Shown here piece by piece: positions 7,711 through 16,021 of a stretch of 17,632 nucleotides of DNA. The stretch spans positions 1-17,632 of the forward strand of contig DIFC01000046.1 of NCBI GenBank assembly GCA_002418945.1, written 5' to 3'. A program made the translations under genes and the position numbers. The notes beneath the pieces are model-generated. The model was given only the letters and a program-made list of their open reading frames with translations. It did not search any database and was not told the origin of the DNA. This stretch comes from Deltaproteobacteria bacterium UBA5758. GTDB lineage: Bacteria; Desulfobacterota; Syntrophorhabdia; Syntrophorhabdales; Syntrophorhabdaceae. Positions within the stretch are counted from its first letter, which is position 1. Each line of letters begins with the position of its first letter.

Positions 7711-9354
7711 ATGCGACCGCAACGTTATACAGATGAGATGGTTAAAGAATATTTGGATAAAGGCTACTGGACAAAGACTACCTACGCCGATCTGTTCGAA
7801 AGAAACGCTAAAGAGTATGCCCAAAAAGAAGCTTTTGTTGACGATTCGGGAAACAAATTTACATGGGCCGAGGCAAACCAGGCCGTAAACCGGCTTGCCT
7901 TGAAGCTTGTGGAACTGGGATATAACAAAGATGATACGCTTATGATCCAGCTCCCTAACCGCGTCGAGATCATCCTTATGCGCGTAGCATGCGAAAAGGC
8001 AGGGATCATCTCGATACCGGTGGTAAGGACCTTAAGACACGATGAAATAGGTTACATCCTGAAGCTTGCAGAGACAAAAGGCTATGTGGGCTTATGGAAA
8101 TTCAGAGATTTTGACTACTGGCAAATGATACAGGAGTTACGTCCAGGCCTGCCGGCATTAAAGAACATCTTTTTTTGCGGAGACGAGATCCCCGAAGGAG
8201 GAATCTCGATAAAAGAGGTCCTGGCAACCCCGATGGAGAAGAAATATTCAGTGGATGATTTGAAAAAGAGGCAGGTCCAGGTGGATGAAGTGGCATGGAT
8301 TGAGCTAAGCACGGGTACGACAGGTTTTCCCAAGGTTATACAGACGCCGATGGCGCTTGCTACATCGGTGTCTCCGTCGCATATGGCGAAGATCAAGATG
8401 ACCGGCGATGACGTAGCATGCGCCTTTGCCCCTATCTCAGGCGCAGGGCGCGGCCTCGCACGATTTACCCCTTTTGTGGCCGCGAAAGGAGTTTTGATGG
8501 AGCATTTTGATGCAGAAGATGCCTTCAAGCTCATAGAAAAGGAAAAGATATCGATACCAATGGTGGTGCCGGCCCAGCTTGCAATGATGCTCCAGAGCAC
8601 GAATTACACTAAATACGATCTGAGGTCACTCCGTGTATTCCAGGTTGCGGGCGCCCCGCTTCCTCCGCATATTGCAGAAGAGGTTGAGACAAGATTCAAA
8701 TGCCTTGTGGTGAACCATTACGGCGGCATGGATGCCGGTTCCCTGACAAGCGTCAGCGCAGATGATCCTGTGGAAGTGAGGCGCTTCTCCGTAGGAAAAC
8801 CCCACCCGGGAAATGAGATCAGATTGCTCGATGATAACGGGAAAGAGGTAAAACACGGAGAAGTCGGTGCAGTATATTTTAAGGGGCCTACCTCTGTCGG
8901 AGGATATTACAAAGATCCCGCAATGACAAAAGAGGCCTGGGGGGCAAATGGATTCAACATGGGCGACCTGGCAAAGTTCGATGAACAGGGGAATCTCTAT
9001 ATCGTAGGCAGAAAGAAAGACATCATAATCCGCGGCGGTTTTAATGTCTATCCCGCCGAGGTAGAGGCTATCCTTGTGACGCACCCAAAGGTGGAGGCGG
9101 CTGCAGTTGTCGGATACCCGGACCCGATAATGGGGGAAAGGGCGTGTGCCTATGTGGTGGTGAAGAAGGGCGAAACATTCACCTTTAAAGAGATGGGCGC
9201 CTATTTCAAAGAGAGGAAGATCAATCTTAACAAGACCCCGGAGAGGCTTGAGATCATAGAAAAGATGCCTCTTGTAGCCGATATGAAGCTGGACAAGAAG
9301 GTGCTGAAAGAAGACATACTTAACAAGGTCAAGAGTGAAGGCAAGGCCTCCTGA
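7711..9354 (+). CDS. ANL-superfamily aryl-acid AMP/CoA ligase (EntE/DhbE-like aromatic acid-activating enzyme)
   Basis: 547 aa. The N-terminus (YLDKGYWTKTTYADLFERNA) resembles EntE (YREKGYWQDLPLTDIL). It has the AMP-binding core LSTGTTGFPK, YGGMDAG aligning with FGMAEG of aryl-acid adenylases, and GDLA plus GRKKDIIIRGGFNVYPAEVE hinge/A8 motifs. An AGGAGG SD lies upstream. Confidence 0.85.
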   Translation: MRPQRYTDEMVKEYLDKGYWTKTTYADLFERNAKEYAQKEAFVDDSGNKFTWAEANQAVNRLALKLVELGYNKDDTLMIQLPNRVEIILMRVACEKAGIISIPVVRTLRHDEIGYILKLAETKGYVGLWKFRDFDYWQMIQELRPGLPALKNIFFCGDEIPEGGISIKEVLATPMEKKYSVDDLKKRQVQVDEVAWIELSTGTTGFPKVIQTPMALATSVSPSHMAKIKMTGDDVACAFAPISGAGRGLARFTPFVAAKGVLMEHFDAEDAFKLIEKEKISIPMVVPAQLAMMLQSTNYTKYDLRSLRVFQVAGAPLPPHIAEEVETRFKCLVVNHYGGMDAGSLTSVSADDPVEVRRFSVGKPHPGNEIRLLDDNGKEVKHGEVGAVYFKGPTSVGGYYKDPAMTKEAWGANGFNMGDLAKFDEQGNLYIVGRKKDIIIRGGFNVYPAEVEAILVTHPKVEAAAVVGYPDPIMGERACAYVVVKKGETFTFKEMGAYFKERKINLNKTPERLEIIEKMPLVADMKLDKKVLKEDILNKVKSEGKAS

Positions 9355-9381
9355 GTTGTTAAGGGAGGTTATTCTATATCA

Positions 9382-9404
9382 ATAACTATCAGGAAGATAG
9401 TTAT
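9382..9404. repeat. Perfect 9-bp inverted repeat with 5-nt spacer (ATAACTATC-aggaa-GATAGTTAT)
   Basis: Read directly from the sequence. It lies in the 64-nt ligase/ppsA-like intergenic region, 15 nt upstream of ATG 9419. Confidence 0.6.
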
Positions 9405-9418
9405 AAAAAGGGGGCATT

Positions 9419-11083
9419 ATGCATTATGGAAGGACACCGATGTGTTGGGAGATTACAGATTATGATCTTGAGCACTACCCTGTCTGGGTGAGGACGCCCG
9501 CTCACACAGAGCCGGTCATGACGCCGCTCTACTGTGAGTTCTGGTATGGGTACATGACGGACGGGATCCGCCGGGGCTGCGAATACATTTCGCTTCCCAC
9601 GACCCTTGGATATTACTGGAAGCTCTACAAGGGCCACGGTTATTTGACGCGGGCAATCCCGCTGGACAGCGAGATCCCCGCCAGGGAAAAAAGGTATCGT
9701 GAAATGGCGGCAAAGATCATTGATGATCCGTTCGGATTTTGCGACAGCATCTTTGCCAAGATGGATAAGCTCATGGAACCCTATTACGACATGAACCTTG
9801 AATCAATGACAAGGGGAGAGCTTATTGAGCATGTACACGATATGATCTACCTCCATACAAAAGCCATATACCTCTATTTTCAAGGCTGGTTTGGCGCAAC
9901 ACCGATGCCTGCGCTCTTTCAACAGCTTGCCGGGGAATTCACAGGTCTGAAGGCCACGGACCCGCTCTATTCAAAGCTGACGATAAGCATGGACAACCCT
10001 CTCTACAGGTCAAACCGGGGGATCGCCGACCTGGCGCGCCTGGCAATCGATTCAAAGATAGAGAAAAACCTGATGCTTCCCGACAATGAAGTAGTAAAAG
10101 CGATGGAACAGAGCGCGGCAGGAAAGAAATGGATTGAAGAGATGAAGAAATTTCTCAAGGTGCACGGATGGAAGCTGCTGCGCATGTACGAATTTGTTGA
10201 ACCGGGCTGGTATGAGGATCCGGCGATACTGATGCCCGATATAAAGAGATATATCGAAGTAGGTGGCGCGCACAAGATCGATGAAGATCGCGACGCAATG
10301 ACGAAAGAGAGGGATGAGTTGTCGAAGGAATTTCTTGCAAAGGTCCCCGAAGGCCAGCGGGACTGGATGGAAAAGCTCCTTGTGGCCGCACGCGCCGCAA
10401 ACCACTGGAGCGAGGGGGCGGCATGGCATGGTGAATTCAAACGCATGGCCTTCGGAAGGCGTTGTTTCATCGAATGCGGCAAGAGGATGGTCCAGGATGG
10501 AGCCCTCAATGATGTGAACGATGTATTTATGCTGTTCACCGATGAGATCATTTCCGCCGTCGGCAACCGGGAAAAGGGACGCTATGTACAGCTTGTCCAG
10601 GACAGGCGCAAGGAATGGGAAGGCTATAAGGCGCTCACATATGGTTCGGACGAAGTGCCCCCGGTTCTGGGCGACCCCAATGCCATCATGCCGATGCTCA
10701 AATTTGATCCCACGCTTACCGTGAGCATCTCTATGCCCATCGAAGATCCTGAAAAGGTGGGAGCCGTCTGCGTCGGCGGGGCAGGGAGCCCCGGTGTAGT
10801 TGAGGGGATCGCAAAGGTCATCTTTGATGAATCACAGTGGAAGGAGATCCAGAAAGGCGACATCATGGTCTGCCCCATGACAAGCGCCACGTGGACCCCG
10901 CTATTCGGTATTATCAAAGGGTTGGTATGCAATAGCGGAGGCTCTTTATCGCACCCGGTTATTGTGAGCCGCGAATATGGTATACCGGCAGTGGTCGGAA
11001 CGGGTGATGCTACCATGAAGATCAAGACAGGAGATAAGTTAAGGATCGACGGGAACCTCCTGAGGGTTTACAAGATAAGCTGA
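9419..11083 (+). CDS. PEP-utilising-enzyme swivel (phosphohistidine) domain protein with a large unassigned N-terminal domain; similar to the phenylphosphate synthase alpha subunit (PpsA)
   Basis: 554 aa. The C-terminal roughly 100 aa (GVVEGIAKVI...GDIMVCPMTSATWTPLF...NSGGSLSHPVIVSREYGIPAVVG) form a PEP-utilisers mobile domain with the catalytic His in GGSLSH. I could not assign the N-terminal roughly 430 aa. It has no ATP-grasp and no TIM-barrel domain. Confidence 0.72.
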   Translation: MHYGRTPMCWEITDYDLEHYPVWVRTPAHTEPVMTPLYCEFWYGYMTDGIRRGCEYISLPTTLGYYWKLYKGHGYLTRAIPLDSEIPAREKRYREMAAKIIDDPFGFCDSIFAKMDKLMEPYYDMNLESMTRGELIEHVHDMIYLHTKAIYLYFQGWFGATPMPALFQQLAGEFTGLKATDPLYSKLTISMDNPLYRSNRGIADLARLAIDSKIEKNLMLPDNEVVKAMEQSAAGKKWIEEMKKFLKVHGWKLLRMYEFVEPGWYEDPAILMPDIKRYIEVGGAHKIDEDRDAMTKERDELSKEFLAKVPEGQRDWMEKLLVAARAANHWSEGAAWHGEFKRMAFGRRCFIECGKRMVQDGALNDVNDVFMLFTDEIISAVGNREKGRYVQLVQDRRKEWEGYKALTYGSDEVPPVLGDPNAIMPMLKFDPTLTVSISMPIEDPEKVGAVCVGGAGSPGVVEGIAKVIFDESQWKEIQKGDIMVCPMTSATWTPLFGIIKGLVCNSGGSLSHPVIVSREYGIPAVVGTGDATMKIKTGDKLRIDGNLLRVYKIS

Positions 11084-11214
11084 TAGCGGGAAGCATAAAT
11101 CCAGGGAGCTTTTAAGCGGATAAAGAACAGGCAGGTCAGCGCCCGTAATGATGATTGCGGTTAGGCGCAGTGCTGAAGGCTCAAGGTTTATAAACTTATT
11201 TCGGAGGGTGAGCT

Positions 11215-12624
11215 ATGAAAGATTTACGAGACTTTATAGCCAAATGCGAGCAGGAAGGCGAGCTCCGTCGCATTAAGGCGGAGGTAGATTGGAATTTGGA
11301 ACTATCCCACGTAGCCAAAAAGAATGAAGAGCTGGGTGGCGGGTCCGCACTCCTCTTTGAGAATGTCAAGGGTTATAAAATACCGGTTTTTATAAGCGCA
11401 TTCACAAGACCCAGGCGGATGGCGATCGCCATGGGACAGCCGGTGCATTACTCCATGCAGGACCTGTCCCGGGAGTGGATGAATTTAGTCACCAAAAAGC
11501 TTATAAAGCCGAAGATGGTAAAGAAGGCCCCCCTCATGGAAAACGTACAGGCAGGGGATAAGGTCAACCTCTATGATCTGCCTGCCCCCTTCTTCAACAT
11601 ATTAGATGGGGGGAGATTTATCGGTACCGCTGTGTATCTCGTAACCAAAGACCCGGAGACAGGCTGGGTCAATCTTGGAACCTATCGGATGCAGATTCAC
11701 GAGAAGAACAAATGCGGAGTTCAGATCATTAAAGGCAAGCACGGCGACCTGATGCTTCAAAAATATAGAGCAAAAAAGCAAAAAATGCCTGCCGTGGCGG
11801 TCATTGGTGGTGACCCTCTACTGTATCTTGTCTCGAGTTGCATGGTTTCTGCCCAGACAGACGAATATGATATTGCAAGCACGCTGCGAGGGGAACCTAT
11901 AGACATCATAGAGAGCGACCTGACGGGTCTGCCCCTTCCGGCATATGCCGAAATTGCCTTAGAGGGAGAAATAGACCCGGACAACCTCATAACAGAAGGC
12001 CCCTTTGGTGAATACACCGGCTATTACTCGGGCAAGCCATCACCGAAGATATTTCTCGACGTGAAAAGGGTGCTGCACAGGAACAATCCCATCTTCTGGG
12101 CAACTGCTGTTGGAAGGCCGCCAAACGATGTAGTAATGATCCAGTCGCTTAACCGTACTGCGAGCCTATGGGCGGACTTGAAAGATATGAAGATCCCGGG
12201 AATAAAGGCCGTCCATGTTCCCGCTTCATCGTCCGGCAGGTACTGGGCAATCGTATCCGTCAAGCAACAGTATCCGGGCCATTCCATGCAGGTAGGAACG
12301 GCGGTTATTTCTACTACAACAGGAAGCTACGGCCTCAAGGGAGTTATTGTTGTAGGGGATGATATTGATGTTGAAAATTGGGATCAGATCATCTGGGCGC
12401 TTTCTGTGAGGTTTGACCCTGCACGTTCTGCGCAGATCATAAACAGGGGACGTTCAACTCCCCTGGATCCTTCCCTCCCTGTTGCGGCACGGGAGATCAC
12501 CTCGAGAATAATCATGGACGCTTGCACCCCATTTGAATGGAAAGAAATGCCGGTTCCCGTTGATCCGGATAAGGCAACAACAGAAAAGGTGGAGAAGAGA
12601 TGGAAAGAAATTTTTCCTGATTGA
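11215..12624 (+). CDS. UbiD-family prFMN-dependent aromatic (de)carboxylase
   Basis: 469 aa with UbiD-type N-terminus MKDLRDFIAKCEQEGELRRIK. The conserved GTYRMQ and EGPFGEYTGYY motifs are present (compare EGPFGDHTGYY in E. coli UbiD). A GGAGGGTG SD lies upstream. Confidence 0.9.
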   Translation: MKDLRDFIAKCEQEGELRRIKAEVDWNLELSHVAKKNEELGGGSALLFENVKGYKIPVFISAFTRPRRMAIAMGQPVHYSMQDLSREWMNLVTKKLIKPKMVKKAPLMENVQAGDKVNLYDLPAPFFNILDGGRFIGTAVYLVTKDPETGWVNLGTYRMQIHEKNKCGVQIIKGKHGDLMLQKYRAKKQKMPAVAVIGGDPLLYLVSSCMVSAQTDEYDIASTLRGEPIDIIESDLTGLPLPAYAEIALEGEIDPDNLITEGPFGEYTGYYSGKPSPKIFLDVKRVLHRNNPIFWATAVGRPPNDVVMIQSLNRTASLWADLKDMKIPGIKAVHVPASSSGRYWAIVSVKQQYPGHSMQVGTAVISTTTGSYGLKGVIVVGDDIDVENWDQIIWALSVRFDPARSAQIINRGRSTPLDPSLPVAAREITSRIIMDACTPFEWKEMPVPVDPDKATTEKVEKRWKEIFPD

Positions 12625-12658
12625 ACATGCTGAAAGTTCCTGCACAATGGTTTACATC

Positions 12659-12687
12659 GAAGAGACCCCGCGGCCCGGGGTCTCTTC
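12659..12687. terminator. Bidirectional intrinsic-terminator-like hairpin between convergent ubiD-family and MBL genes
   Basis: A perfect 12-bp GC-rich stem, GAAGAGACCCCG (12659-12670) / CGGGGTCTCTTC (12676-12687), has a 5-nt loop. It is followed by a T-rich stretch (TCATTT) on the + strand and sits 35 nt after the ubiD stop. Confidence 0.7.
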
Positions 12688-12722
12688 TCATTTGACCCCG
12701 GCCTGCAGCCCCGCCAACTCCA

Positions 12723-13703
12723 TCATATCCTCGAGTATACTATCTTTTTTTCTCTTGTCTCCTTTTTTATCATCCCTTTTCCTTCAAGGTATTTTAAATG
12801 GGCGATCGCCTCACCGGTAGCGAAAAATTTCTGCATGGCAGGAAAAGAACCCCAGGAGTCGCAATCAATATTCCATGTCATCTGCGATGCCACCTGGTAG
12901 GCATTTTGGCTGCATTCCTTCAGTATGGAGATAATTTCATTGCTCCGCTGCCTGTGATGGTCTTTCAATTCCCTGATCCTTTCTTTGCAATTCCTGAAGC
13001 TGCCTTTGTGGCCAGGCAAAACAAGTTTGATATCCAGTTCATACACCCTGTCCAGGCTTAAGAGGTATTCCTCCAAGGGGTTCGCGGCGTCATATCTTGA
13101 CAAAATAGAAGGCGTTATCTCATTGAGGAGATGATCTCCTGATATAAAGATCTTCTTATCGGGCTCGTATAGACACATATGGCCCCTGCTGTGACCAGGC
13201 GTTGCTACACATTGGAATCGGTATTCCCCTGCCTCTAATCTGTCTCCATCTGCCAGAAACGTAAAGGGGAGGGGTTTCCTCCACCAGTGGTCATGAACGG
13301 GGCGGAAAGTGAGGGCTTCCTGAAGCTCATCCTCGGGGAAACCGCTCATTCGGCCGGAATCAGTGAGCTCTTGCAAAAAATTGCCGGACCTCACCCAATC
13401 AATGCCGGCAGACTCTGTTTTGTTAAAGTATATGGTTGAGTTATCGGATATTAATGTGGGGGCAAGGCCGAAATGATCCATGTGAAAATGGGTAATGAAA
13501 AGGTCTGTTCTTTCCAGATCTACTCCAAGCTTCTCCAAACTTTTATGCATTGCCTGCCGGCCTTCTTCATTGTCCATCCCTGTATCGATAATCAGATTCC
13601 TGTTTTTTGCCTTGATGATATATGAGTTGACAAACTGCAAAACCATATCGGGAAGGGGAATCTCAATCTTGTATAAGTTTGCAGCGATTTGTTCTATCAT
13701 CAA
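12723..13703 (-). CDS. Metallo-beta-lactamase-fold hydrolase
   Basis: 326 aa with the MBL zinc motif ITHFHMDHFG (HxHxDH), a later TPGHSRGH and GDH. Specific activity is unknown. Confidence 0.85.
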   Translation of the reverse strand: MMIEQIAANLYKIEIPLPDMVLQFVNSYIIKAKNRNLIIDTGMDNEEGRQAMHKSLEKLGVDLERTDLFITHFHMDHFGLAPTLISDNSTIYFNKTESAGIDWVRSGNFLQELTDSGRMSGFPEDELQEALTFRPVHDHWWRKPLPFTFLADGDRLEAGEYRFQCVATPGHSRGHMCLYEPDKKIFISGDHLLNEITPSILSRYDAANPLEEYLLSLDRVYELDIKLVLPGHKGSFRNCKERIRELKDHHRQRSNEIISILKECSQNAYQVASQMTWNIDCDSWGSFPAMQKFFATGEAIAHLKYLEGKGMIKKETREKKIVYSRI

Positions 13704-14195
13704 CCTGACCTGCCTTGCATTATTGTACTGCTAACGGCGCTGCCGCATGTATGTTTTTCGCTGAAAGTGAGGGTACAACAGCCCGGGCAACGGGGTCAAG
13801 CCTTTTATTTTTGCATGTCAAGATTTCCCCGCGAGAAGCCGGTGAGTGGCCGGATGATGGGCGGGTACAGATTTTGATCCCCCCCTCACCCTTGACCCTC
13901 TTCCGCCAGGGGAGAGAGAACGGTGTTGCCTAATGAAAAGAGAACACACCAGTACTTATACACCGGCCCTCTAACGCGAGGGAAGGGATAACCTTACCCA
14001 ATCTGTAGGCTGGGACCTTCTGTAAATTATCATGCTAAATTGATCCAGTATTTTCACGAAAGCTGGTCCACCTGCATTATCCTGCCTTCTATCAGCAAAA
14101 CATGATAGGAGGAGAAAGGTGGTCAGCATAGAAGACGAACGCACAATATGTGGTGTAGGAAAAACAGGTGAACTGAAATTCATGAAAAAGTTGCA

Positions 14196-15338
14196 TCATG
14201 TATAGTTCTCGAGGAGAAGAGACAATGTCCGTTCGATACTGCCAGGTTCTTTCTCTTCAATTTCCCTTATCGCTTTCTTGATGCGGGCATAGGTGTATTT
14301 ATCCTGCAAGTCGCTGGTACTCTCATACATTCCTGTCATTCTCCCGTATCGATAAACAAGCCTTTGCTCTTCAGTCAGTGCAAAAAAGTCATTGATTACG
14401 GACAATAGATGATCTTTATCTTCGGGAAGCTTGCCATCCACCTCTTGAAGGAGATTAAAGATGTGGTCGCTTTTTATGTGGCTGGTTATGCCTTCAAGCC
14501 GTTCTATAATGGACTTTTCCTCAACAAGAACCTCCTCTTCATGCAGTATTGTGAAATCACCACTTTCTACTTTTTGGTAGAGTGGCATCCCTCTCAATAC
14601 CTTCAAGGTCCTAAAGCGAATGAACGCCGGATTAATCCTGTTTAACGTATCAGAAGTTTCTGAGACATGCTCCTTCCACCATCTTTTGCCTCCTAGTCCA
14701 AGGATCACATACTCTGAGAGCTCGATGCCTGATTCCTTTACTTTTTGCGCACAATCAATATGCTCCTCTTTTGTTACCCCTTTGTTCATATACTTTAGGA
14801 GAAGATTACTTCCCGTTTCAAGACCGATGTGAAGCCTTGTCAGACCTGCTTCCCGCATTCTTACAAGGTCATCAACGGTAAATCGTTTTGCAATGGTGCG
14901 GGAACGGGCGTAGGAAGTTATTCTTTCGATAGAGGGAAATTGTTCTTTCAAGTATGAAAGGGCTTCAATAAAATCTCCGGGCTTCATGACCAGAGAATCA
15001 GCATCCTGAATAAAAACGTTCCGGCCCCCAGAATAGAGCCAGATTGCAATGCTTGCAAAGTATTCGTTGTAGAAATATGTTGAGGTGATGATGTTGAGAA
15101 AGTTGTCGTTAATAGCCCCGCCGAAGCCTTTTTCCCACGACAGGGCAACGATTTCGTCCCGTATTTTACGGATAGAATCAATGTCTTTTTTAATTTCTTC
15201 AACGCTGCGTTTTTCGAATCTATTATTTTTAAAGGTTCTGCAGAAGAGACACTTATTCCATGGACAATTTCTTGTAAATCTCACAAGGAGACTGCCTGCT
15301 TCGTTTGGTGGTCGTATCGGCCCTATTTCGTTATACAA
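14196..15338 (-). CDS. Radical SAM domain protein with non-canonical CX4CX2C cluster motif
   Basis: 380 aa. The N-terminus reads PIRPPNEAGSLLVRFTRNCPWNKCLFC. Its Cys spacing is C-x4-C-x2-C rather than CX3CX2C. The only in-frame start after the upstream stop is TTG at 15338, with a weak GGTG SD. Confidence 0.8.
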   Translation of the reverse strand: MYNEIGPIRPPNEAGSLLVRFTRNCPWNKCLFCRTFKNNRFEKRSVEEIKKDIDSIRKIRDEIVALSWEKGFGGAINDNFLNIITSTYFYNEYFASIAIWLYSGGRNVFIQDADSLVMKPGDFIEALSYLKEQFPSIERITSYARSRTIAKRFTVDDLVRMREAGLTRLHIGLETGSNLLLKYMNKGVTKEEHIDCAQKVKESGIELSEYVILGLGGKRWWKEHVSETSDTLNRINPAFIRFRTLKVLRGMPLYQKVESGDFTILHEEEVLVEEKSIIERLEGITSHIKSDHIFNLLQEVDGKLPEDKDHLLSVINDFFALTEEQRLVYRYGRMTGMYESTSDLQDKYTYARIKKAIREIEEKEPGSIERTLSLLLENYT

Positions 15339-15362
15339 TGAGACACCATTACATTCTAAAGA

Positions 15363-15971
15363 TCAGGTTCTCCGGTTTCCAACACTTTGTGCGAGTTCAA
15401 TCTTGTTCGCGGCCTCCCCCTCCCATCTTTGAAAGAGATTGTGATCTATATCCATAAGGTCCAGTATCTTGCCCACGATGTGATCTATAAGATCCTCGAT
15501 TTTTCTTGGATAATGATAAAAGGCAGGAACAGGGGGTAGAATTACGCCGCCCCGGTCGGCTACTTTAGTCATTAACTCAAGATGGCCCTTGTGAAGAGGT
15601 GTTTCCCTGACTACCAAAACAAGTCGCCGCCCTTCCTTCAGCATTACATCGGCTGCCCTTGTAATAAGGTTGTCATTATAGGAACTGGCTACGCCAGATA
15701 ACGTTTTGATGGTACACGGGACGATTACCATTCCGTCTGTTTTGAAGGACCCGCTTGAGATAGAAGCCGCCATATCCTTGGGGTTATAAAGCCTCGAAGC
15801 AAACTTTTTGACGTCTTTTACTGTCATATCGGTCTCAATGATAATATTTTGCTCGGCTGCTTCAGACATCACAACGTGTGACTCGATATCCGTGTCTTGC
15901 AACACTTCCAGTAGCCTCACGCCATAAATGACCCCGGTTGCCCCCGTGATTCCTACGATGATTTTCTTCAT
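15363..15971 (-). CDS. ubiX: UbiX-type flavin prenyltransferase (prFMN synthase)
   Basis: Motifs are MKKIIVGITGATG, SSGSF, PCTIKTL, VRETPLH and PAFY. I chose ATG 15971 because a perfect AGGAGG SD (15984-15979) lies 7 nt upstream. The ORF-track TTG at 16001 adds 10 unlikely residues. Confidence 0.9.
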   Translation of the reverse strand: MKKIIVGITGATGVIYGVRLLEVLQDTDIESHVVMSEAAEQNIIIETDMTVKDVKKFASRLYNPKDMAASISSGSFKTDGMVIVPCTIKTLSGVASSYNDNLITRAADVMLKEGRRLVLVVRETPLHKGHLELMTKVADRGGVILPPVPAFYHYPRKIEDLIDHIVGKILDLMDIDHNLFQRWEGEAANKIELAQSVGNRRT

Positions 15972-16021
15972 TCCGTGGCCTCCTGTACAGAGCATCTTCA
16001 ACTGTTTTGAGTTTTAAATTA

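Noticed and set aside
10155-10424. A stretch of about 270 nt inside the ppsA-like gene that is open in all three antisense frames. The trinucleotides TTA, CTA and TCA are absent from the + strand here. This produces stacked antisense ORFs of 187, 125 and 89 aa plus two out-of-frame sense ORFs.
   Set aside because: The sense frame encodes a coherent charged helical segment rich in Lys, Glu, Asp and Arg. Its purine-rich codons, together with the genome's avoidance of TTA/CTA/TCA codons, explain the lack of stops. The antisense products are Ser/Arg/Pro-rich and low in complexity, and they have no SDs. I treat this as a compositional artefact rather than overlapping genes.
13971-14183. A 70-aa minus-strand ORF, together with the 62-aa and 72-aa plus-strand ORFs at 13689-13933, in the large intergenic gap.
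   Set aside because: None has an SD or a recognisable motif, and their composition does not look like real protein. They are probably chance ORFs. The region is reported as a non-coding anomaly instead.
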